From NCBI GenBank assembly GCA_011364905.1, contig RDNZ01000001.1:1-64000 (forward strand): 64,000 nucleotides of DNA, written 5' to 3'. Below the pieces are notes generated by a model, which did no database searches, was not told the DNA's origin, and worked only from the letters and a program-made list of their open reading frames with translations. A program made the position numbers and the translations under genes. Position 1 is the stretch's first letter. The number at the start of each line of letters is the position of its first letter. Shown one piece after another: positions 58,801 to 64,000 of the stretch. This stretch comes from Candidatus Thorarchaeota archaeon (GTDB taxonomy: Archaea; Asgardarchaeota; Thorarchaeia; Thorarchaeales; Thorarchaeaceae).

Positions 58801-60520
58801 CCTGAACAATCCACTCTCCAGCAGATGCATTGGCACCAAAGGTCAAGCTTCCAGAATTCGCATACCCAGTACTGTTTACTGTAGCCATCTCTGAGAACCA
58901 AGCTCCACCTGATGGTGAAAACACGGTTATATTGACTTGGACTCCTGCGAATTGAGCGCCAATGTCTACTGCAAAGAAGGCCGTATCAGATGCCCTGAGG
59001 TTCATCGTCTGAGCTGTAGTGCCGCTTCCAATATTGGTCATCAGCAAATCAGTGATCATGTTTGCGCCTTTACTTTTAACAAGCCAATATCCCCACCGGT
59101 CTGCATAGGGATAGGCAGTAACATTCGCAAACCAATCTGGACCATGTCCCTCATCCCATGAAGAGATGTTCACATTGGTTCGTAAGGGTGAGCCCACATA
59201 GTAAACATCCCGATTTTCAGGCAGAGAGATGTTGTAATAGTATCGATTATCATATCCCTCAGGAATGTCGGCGTAGAACCAAGTCAGGTACTCAACCAGT
59301 GAGGCATTCGTTGCCACAAAATTCTCTCCAAAGGATGTAGGGTCTTGAGTTGTAACCGTGGTTGATTCGCTTCTAGCATAGAGATTCGTTTCAACTGTAA
59401 ATTCAACCCATATGTTTCTGTTCGGGACTGGTGTTGATGGTGTGGGTGTCCAAGAGAAGGTCACATCAACAGGACTTGTGGTCCAAACTGACGTAGGATT
59501 CTGTGTGACATTACCAAGTCCAGGTACAGACGAGCCGCCGCTGATGAAATCATTAACATCGAGCCCGTTCATTTGCATGTTGAGATCGCTTGGGTCGGCC
59601 TTGGTCTTTAGATATAGCTCGAAGTTGTCAACACGTGCGTAGGGATTAAGGTCGGGATTATAGTTCACAGTCTGCTGGCTGTAAAGACCTACTGTAACAA
59701 GTACGCCATCTGACAGGTCGAAAATAGATAGGTCTGGGAGAGTAATCAATCCACTATCGTACCAAGTTTGGGCTTGATCAATATCAGGGAATGACTTTTG
59801 CCAAACACGCTGAGTGTAATCGTTCGTTTCAATTGAAACAAAGATAGCTACAAATCCATCTGCGCCCCAGTCAGAGTCAACCCAATAGTCCAGTCTAAAG
59901 CCTGCCCAAACAACGTCACCACGATTCACAGAGAAGGTTTGCTGAGCCCAGGCTCTCTCCCCTTCAGATGGGTCTCCACCGCCTGCGATCTCAAACTGAA
60001 CACAGTCATCTCCAGCACCATGTCCGTTGGCTAACCAGCTCGCCGATGGAGCTGCTCCTCCACCAATGCTCACCTGATTGAGAGACCAGCTAGATGGGCT
60101 GTTTTCCATATCGGGATCTTGGACCCATGTTCGATTCTCTGTAAGGTCAGATATTCCGGTAAATAGCTCATAGCCTTCCCAGTCAGTACCCATAGGAATC
60201 GAAACGGACTCACTATTGGTACTACTATTGCTTGAGAAGTATCTCATCTGATTGCTGGTGAAGGTATCGCTTCTATTTCCATACTCTTGTGCTGGCAATC
60301 CAGATGATGTACCAGACCACGTGGTCCAGCCTTGTTCAGCATTCAAATAGCCCGTTTCAGTAGGATTGGACATCGGAGAAGAGATTGTATCTTCCGGATT
60401 GGCCATACCATTGGTCGTTTTGCCGCTTTGTCCTTGTTGCAAACCAATATTCGCTGTAGCACTGAACACCATCAAGAATGTGATGAGTATCAATAGGGAT
60501 AGTCTATATCTTGTGTTCAT
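52841..60520 (-). CDS. Giant (2559 aa) single-pass cell-surface protein with many ~100-aa Ig-like repeats and a ~185-aa cytoplasmic tail
   Basis: Signal peptide; recurrent GNG.Y...(D/N)T..L..G.Y and G.P.Y..R motifs; many NxS/T sequons; TM FLTIVGGFALVFVALFIVVYV; charged helical tail. Confidence 0.9.
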   Translation of the reverse strand: MNTRYRLSLLILITFLMVFSATANIGLQQGQSGKTTNGMANPEDTISSPMSNPTETGYLNAEQGWTTWSGTSSGLPAQEYGNRSDTFTSNQMRYFSSNSSTNSESVSIPMGTDWEGYELFTGISDLTENRTWVQDPDMENSPSSWSLNQVSIGGGAAPSASWLANGHGAGDDCVQFEIAGGGDPSEGERAWAQQTFSVNRGDVVWAGFRLDYWVDSDWGADGFVAIFVSIETNDYTQRVWQKSFPDIDQAQTWYDSGLITLPDLSIFDLSDGVLVTVGLYSQQTVNYNPDLNPYARVDNFELYLKTKADPSDLNMQMNGLDVNDFISGGSSVPGLGNVTQNPTSVWTTSPVDVTFSWTPTPSTPVPNRNIWVEFTVETNLYARSESTTVTTQDPTSFGENFVATNASLVEYLTWFYADIPEGYDNRYYYNISLPENRDVYYVGSPLRTNVNISSWDEGHGPDWFANVTAYPYADRWGYWLVKSKGANMITDLLMTNIGSGTTAQTMNLRASDTAFFAVDIGAQFAGVQVNITVFSPSGGAWFSEMATVNSTGYANSGSLTFGANASAGEWIVQAFCSNSLSGSAWNKTGFFRRSFSIIHASESTLLNPKDAIVTWTTNVTYPDLFLIRIQINDTDIPGVTVSDGQMSYNWTTGTEYFGTAGNGEYIATLDTGDLPQKGQYTLNLDWTHPYFDAVHDVLTINLNFDANLMLEAPVSPGLSIPSGYNSSFTIGFEDYLGSRIVSGTVDCNWSSYYSVTPVAGSPGSYKFWLNTTFVAMGEYVVEITGSAPYILPQRYLLYVEVRELYTKVTYLQNVVAIPVGESGSLTFEWTDADHNTPLTGLNNSILCDWSGTYSINEISVGLYRLTIFTTDSTPLGTSSVSVSFSGTKMQNHTISISVQVRSHSTLFTLEDPILQTPHGVDAYILVNYLDSDLNLGIDNSSGYVHILVTPSDLPILVYSVSDLGSGHYNITVPTLQWSTVGWKNISIQISWTGPVLKFQSRTLDTTFRLIGTETDLYLETAPVATYYLDNFTFSAVFYDVVNSTYISNVTGAVSLSFTPIGVNPVTGDDFHIEIVNQGATVLYEFHLNSTNLEGVGLFQVNIGFLWSAGVLPLYENQTISVFLMVLERPTYIDYSPVSPTAYGEDASLVFSFVDSIRTERIADSASLNIEINEPGVDWSYSFDPGTNEFTVVINTSSLSGVGQVALHLNLTWSGTPFYADVQNQQFLVMVLLRSSQLTHLPFTPAQWGNNVTIQFVYTDIISGTTTAMTGTLTLNIGAAFYHVTPVSDGHFTVVLNSSAFGPPGVHYINASIAYTGPNYVSDNFEYFAFTVLERSTQLSYESPDNAPYQSNITFVITFTDDSSGIGITSASVMVTSDPLTLTLGVDYWITDNGNGDYLVEIDTAALGPPGTFQLNVTTSFSGAPYYLSSRRTLSANIIERPTQIRITKTPGSTPFLENVSFRFVFEDFLDKSFITIDKSDITLSHGVSQTVIASGDYTLVNFGTYYEISFNSTILDAFSLVTSHAIQLSIDWTSGSPFYADRTATTQASTTYRSTVILFPLVEETPYFDNITMNLEYIDFLTGDGIEGATVTLFCSSWSSPDYHVSSLGNGVYQITLNTTLFSSPGTVYFNITITWTGSPFYSDRSALNVPALVRAVHTSLLAEAPPAGSTAVGVPINIALTLEDLDHGTILEGAVIQCDWTDITGNAYQWVENGNGLYSLTLNTTGLVAQQYSITVTATKNFYQVAEAQVAVQPGAQLVQIVLTQSTYYGDWGEVLNISFRVQEPFYLSYLEGFNATLLWASTIYDFVDAGDGSYYLLLDTSDADFGIYNPQITASREFYQTRQKSFTLVVSKAPGQIVPLQSTYDAVIDNVIDFDLYLRSTVTDLPVTGASVTMEWNGTVTGLTPTGVPGWYTGSVDVTGFAVGVFPLTIRAVTTNVQFIETNIDIRIVPIPTTIASSDGTTIRYVFFGDSLSLTAVYNDTFHAALVSGATVSYTLGSLSGTFTDLLNGSYSAFIDVSSLASQSIYLRMTADKMGYATAYKSIVITILPIPTQATAVPILQSGYWGDTKSFLFYYNDTQHNSLIYGANVLASWEGGDLVVIQHINGSYEVNVPINVENPGLYDLVVRFDLTNYTSRVVTAKIEIYVTPADILGPELYSVPINEQSSILYNVINRLDNSSVTDVNGIAYSTQLFNIPLQLLENGSYSMNIPSDLPYGSYSFDIDFGTGKYSIAPKHLELTIRPIATTLTITNNTIYTRPGARIEVQITYYDLDHLVGIPDASISPVFSQGNITYLENLKRDENGIYTLFFRVDEVGTFSITINFQKDTYASGQLVLNIKSDRSAEAEAQRFLTIVGGFALVFVALFIVVYVRVWSVPKQIRDMNRMMRALSKGRIPKPPSAPTRQGLAREIVNEEIHPLRLVKTPDEVIDYPIVTTVPEVNELLEELAALTGLGALEMDAFRADLARMRASERPGFLKEVIEQEKARRADVLAKPPEGKPAPEEIPLEQRPEELEDLRQKLIKKGMAIDEIDVILEEAKSLSKADLDALLSSLGIDLD

Positions 60521-63500
60521 TCTTCCATCCCTCCAATCTCTTTTAGCAATGCATCTATTTCAGCCTTAGACAGGTTTCGGGCTTGTTCTATCATGAGATC
60601 AGCCTCTGTTTCTTCAATGCCCATTTTCAATAGACGCTCTTTCAAGTGAAGTAGTTCATCTTCTGAAAGACGCTCCTCAGCAACTTCAGCAGGGACTCCT
60701 TCCTCAGCAACCATCTCAGCTTCCGCAAGTTCTCTCGCCCGACGTGCACGCTCCTGTTTGAGAACCTCATTGATGAATCCAGCTCTCTCACTTGGCCGCA
60801 TCTTGTCAAGGTCTTGACGTAGAGTATCAATGTCATCAGGAGTCAAACCGACAACAGTGGCAAGCTGATCTAGAAGCAGTTCGACATCCATTACTGTGAC
60901 ATCAACTGTTGACAGCGCCACATCTTCCTCTGTCTTCTGGATTCTAATTGGCTTCAAATCATCATTCATCATTGCGAGAAGCATTTGGCGTCTCTGAGGA
61001 ACATCAGCAGGTTTCGGTATTTTGCCTTTTGACAGAGACCCTATCATTCTCCTAATGATTCGTAGCAGCTTTGGCACAGATAACACTCTGAAGTATAGTG
61101 CGCCTAAGGCAGCGAATAATACAAGAAGCATTGTGCCATTTCGGAACCATGCGACAAGTGCCTCTTGCTCAGGTGAGAAGCGAGTATAAACGTCAAGATT
61201 GACCTCTCCATCTGCATAGTTAACCCTGCTTAGAATGATTTTCAAGCTGTAGAGGGCTAACACGGGAGCACGAAATGCGATTGCATATGTTCCATTGTGG
61301 TAGTCGATATCAAGTTCTTCCACATGAACCAAATTTGCTGTTTGCACATTGTTGCTTGATCGGATTGTAATATCAGCATCCGTGATTGGTAAAGAGTGAT
61401 CACTGTCGAGATATGTGACATTTACGAAGAAGACACGACCGACATAGATAAATTCGGGCAAAGCAGAAGATACTAGCTCCGTCGCAATCCTGCGTATTTT
61501 CAAGGAAACATCAATCTCTCCTCTCGAGTAGTTTCCTCGAGATATGAAAATCCTGATTGTATAATTCTCGTCGCGATATTGTAGTGTTTGACCTAGATTC
61601 GCCTCCGTTGGACCGAAGACGTATGATCCGTTATTCAAATTGGTTAATTGAACGGCACCAAACTCCCAATATGCAGTAGCAAGACCGTCAGCTATCCAGT
61701 TTGCATGAAGGTCATCCCAATAACCAAATGTCATCGAGTAATCATCACCTACAGCAAACTCTGCTTCCGTTTTTCCGGTTAGCACGGTCCGAATTGGATT
61801 GACAAGCAGTTTCACCAATCCTGAAGCAAACCGAAAGTTCTCCTTTCGGAAGGAGATGGCTATGTTATGGGGAACAGTTCCTGCCTGAACAAGAGAAGTG
61901 TTAACCGTAAGTGAGTATGTACCATTGCCATAATCGAATAGCGAACCCTTGAACTGCTCTAATGTGTAGTTAGTAATCGCACCCGGTATTCCCTCGTCAG
62001 CATGGATATCATGGAAGACAAGAACAAATGTGACTTCCTCCCCATAATATCCACTAAGAGTGGCGTCAGTCACAATAACAATATCAGTATCGACAACTTC
62101 AACATTCAAAGTGAATTGGATTGATGAAGGCCTATAACCGTCCTTGTCACTCGAGATTATAACAGTCCATTCTTGGACACTAAGATCTGTGGTGTCAATA
62201 AGAGCACTGTAATACCCAGGCGTACCTAATTCGGTTAAATTCCCGACAAGCGGCCCTACACCATATGAGAGACGGGCACCGAGAACAGGTGTGTTTAGAT
62301 CTGTATTATTCAGATAAACAGTGATATTGGCAATATCACGGAAGTTCACAGTAACGACAAAATCTGAAACAGCTACAAGACTAGTGGAAAGCTCAGTGAT
62401 TTCAATTGTAAGTTGCATTGATACACTCTTGTAGTTGTCCGAGCTAGCTTGAATGAGAATCTGATGGGTACCTACAGAGGCTCCTGTAACAATAAAGTCC
62501 ACAACGTATTTTCCATCCGATGCAGACCACGGAATCTGTCCAGAACCTCCAACCCAACTATAGGTGACCTGACCATTCGTAATTGGTGAGCTGTCAGAGT
62601 ATATGAGATAATCCACTTGGAGATGGACACTCAATCCGTTGACGGTCGAAAGAGGATTGATCGATCCGGCAATTTTTGATGCAATCTTGCCAATTCGAAT
62701 TTGGAAATCTCTTTGCCTGCTCTCATAATTGAGGAGGACGGATCTCACTGTGACTGTGTGTTCACCAGCGACTATCTGCCAAGATTGCACGGTAACATTG
62801 TATATACCAGATCCAATATGAGTCATGTCGACTGTTATAGTTGAAATAGTCAGATTGACATATGCGCCAACAATGGGAGCTCCAGTTCTAGCATCTGTAA
62901 CATTGGCTTGGAAATTAATAGAGTCGCCCCAGGAGGGACTAGTAGGATTAAAGTCTAGCTCAATCTGAACTGGTACAGCTGAAAGGAGAATATCCGCGAG
63001 AATTGTATGATTTTGGTGCAAATACTTTGAGGCACTTACTGAGAATGAATACAAACCAGCATCCATTCCAGATGTTTGAATCGTCATTTCATAGACGCCG
63101 GTGTCAATTTCATGAATTGTTGCTATTGTTGGGTAAGTAGCGTTCCAATCACTCAAAACCGTCGCGCCTGGAATACCAACTCCAAATTCAATTGCAGTGT
63201 AGGTGATGTTGGCGTGGATTACATCTCCCAAGTAGTATGTTACACCTTGAGGCAGGGTGAAGCTAAGAGTCGTTGATACAGAATTAACAACCGCTGAAAA
63301 GCTTAGATTTGTTACATTTGTGTAATATGGAGAACCATACCAAGTCATATTGGCTGTGAAGAAATACCTGCCCAAACCAGACAATGTTGTGGTGTCTACC
63401 AGAATCTGATAAGTGCCATCACCATTGTCAATGATCCAATGCGTGAAACTTGTGGAATTTGCTGACTCTAATGAAACATCTGCCCCGGGGATTCCATTCC

Positions 63501-64000
63501 CGGTGAGATAGTCCTTGAAGTCAAGCAAGGCGCTGATATTGAAAAAGTAATACGCTGGTGGAGTTGATAGGACTGAGGCTTGAGTATACCGAGTGGAAAT
63601 TGTGACTTGAGTGGTTGTCGTGGAATTCTCATAATATGGCGTCATGTCGCCCCAGTGGAATTGAATAGTAATTGGGTACGCATCTTCTAGCTCTGAGGAT
63701 AGAAGTGTAGAATTGAAGGATATCAAATAGAATCCATCTTGTCCAGTGAGTGTATACTGAGAGTCGAGGATTACTGTGCCTCCTCCATGTGTGATGGTAA
63801 GAACAGATTTTGTCAGAGATATTCTAGTGCTATTCACATCATCCATAACGCTAATCTGGAATTCTACATTGCTCAGGAACGGAGTCGTTAAAGGCGAACG
63901 GGTCACCGACAGCGTTGCGTATCGTCTCACCACATCTATTTGGACATTCGTTATCCTACTCTGATAATATGGTGCGCCTGTTTTGCTTGCTGAGATTGCA
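60517..64000 (-). CDS. Second giant Ig-repeat single-pass protein, paralogous, 5' end outside the window
   Basis: Frame stays open to the window edge (AISASKTGAPYYQSRITNVQID upstream of 63933); same repeats, TM helix and homologous tail; ATGA overlap with the downstream paralog. Confidence 0.9.
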   Translation of the reverse strand, partial: AISASKTGAPYYQSRITNVQIDVVRRYATLSVTRSPLTTPFLSNVEFQISVMDDVNSTRISLTKSVLTITHGGGTVILDSQYTLTGQDGFYLISFNSTLLSSELEDAYPITIQFHWGDMTPYYENSTTTTQVTISTRYTQASVLSTPPAYYFFNISALLDFKDYLTGNGIPGADVSLESANSTSFTHWIIDNGDGTYQILVDTTTLSGLGRYFFTANMTWYGSPYYTNVTNLSFSAVVNSVSTTLSFTLPQGVTYYLGDVIHANITYTAIEFGVGIPGATVLSDWNATYPTIATIHEIDTGVYEMTIQTSGMDAGLYSFSVSASKYLHQNHTILADILLSAVPVQIELDFNPTSPSWGDSINFQANVTDARTGAPIVGAYVNLTISTITVDMTHIGSGIYNVTVQSWQIVAGEHTVTVRSVLLNYESRQRDFQIRIGKIASKIAGSINPLSTVNGLSVHLQVDYLIYSDSSPITNGQVTYSWVGGSGQIPWSASDGKYVVDFIVTGASVGTHQILIQASSDNYKSVSMQLTIEITELSTSLVAVSDFVVTVNFRDIANITVYLNNTDLNTPVLGARLSYGVGPLVGNLTELGTPGYYSALIDTTDLSVQEWTVIISSDKDGYRPSSIQFTLNVEVVDTDIVIVTDATLSGYYGEEVTFVLVFHDIHADEGIPGAITNYTLEQFKGSLFDYGNGTYSLTVNTSLVQAGTVPHNIAISFRKENFRFASGLVKLLVNPIRTVLTGKTEAEFAVGDDYSMTFGYWDDLHANWIADGLATAYWEFGAVQLTNLNNGSYVFGPTEANLGQTLQYRDENYTIRIFISRGNYSRGEIDVSLKIRRIATELVSSALPEFIYVGRVFFVNVTYLDSDHSLPITDADITIRSSNNVQTANLVHVEELDIDYHNGTYAIAFRAPVLALYSLKIILSRVNYADGEVNLDVYTRFSPEQEALVAWFRNGTMLLVLFAALGALYFRVLSVPKLLRIIRRMIGSLSKGKIPKPADVPQRRQMLLAMMNDDLKPIRIQKTEEDVALSTVDVTVMDVELLLDQLATVVGLTPDDIDTLRQDLDKMRPSERAGFINEVLKQERARRARELAEAEMVAEEGVPAEVAEERLSEDELLHLKERLLKMGIEETEADLMIEQARNLSKAEIDALLKEIGGMEE

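Noticed and set aside
496-63964. Numerous 60-190 aa ORFs antisense to or overlapping confident genes
   Set aside because: Shadow ORFs with no motifs, overlapping well-supported CDSs
1-64000. Mobile elements, prophage, CRISPR-Cas or known defence systems
   Set aside because: No transposase, integrase, Cas or viral hallmark gene and no repeat-spacer array recognised

Overview
A gene-dense archaeal chromosomal window, most consistent with an Asgard archaeon, probably Thorarchaeia. That assignment is an inference from the Rab-like GTPase, a degenerate Ras-fold protein, a cytoplasmic LRR protein, a PPP-family phosphatase, an archaeal/eukaryote-type TyrRS, iorAB and giant Ig-repeat membrane proteins. 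Content: peptide and amino-acid catabolism (PepF, S9 and M32 peptidases, two type-2 asparaginases, iorAB, non-pyrrolysine MttB); a DsrEFH+DUF22 sulfur-relay operon; a ~10 kb thiol-redox/iron cluster; a MacB/FtsX ABC system; surface proteins; and tyrS. No tRNA, rRNA, CRISPR array or transposase was recognised. Most notable: (1) an unannotated, highly structured ~240-nt RNA on the minus strand (~41871-42112), lying head-to-head with a large PIN nuclease gene, with near-identical promoter-like motifs on both sides; (2) a DUF362 / polyprenyl-phosphate phosphoribosyltransferase / PHP / UPF0104 operon suggesting a DprE-independent lipid-linked pentose pathway; (3) two translationally coupled giant single-pass proteins sharing a conserved cytoplasmic tail; (4) a pseudo-GTPase/SLOG/PPP-phosphatase operon; and (5) a TPR/internal-repeat/Zn-ribbon protein next to a Rab-like GTPase. 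All calls come from reading motifs by eye; no database searches were run.
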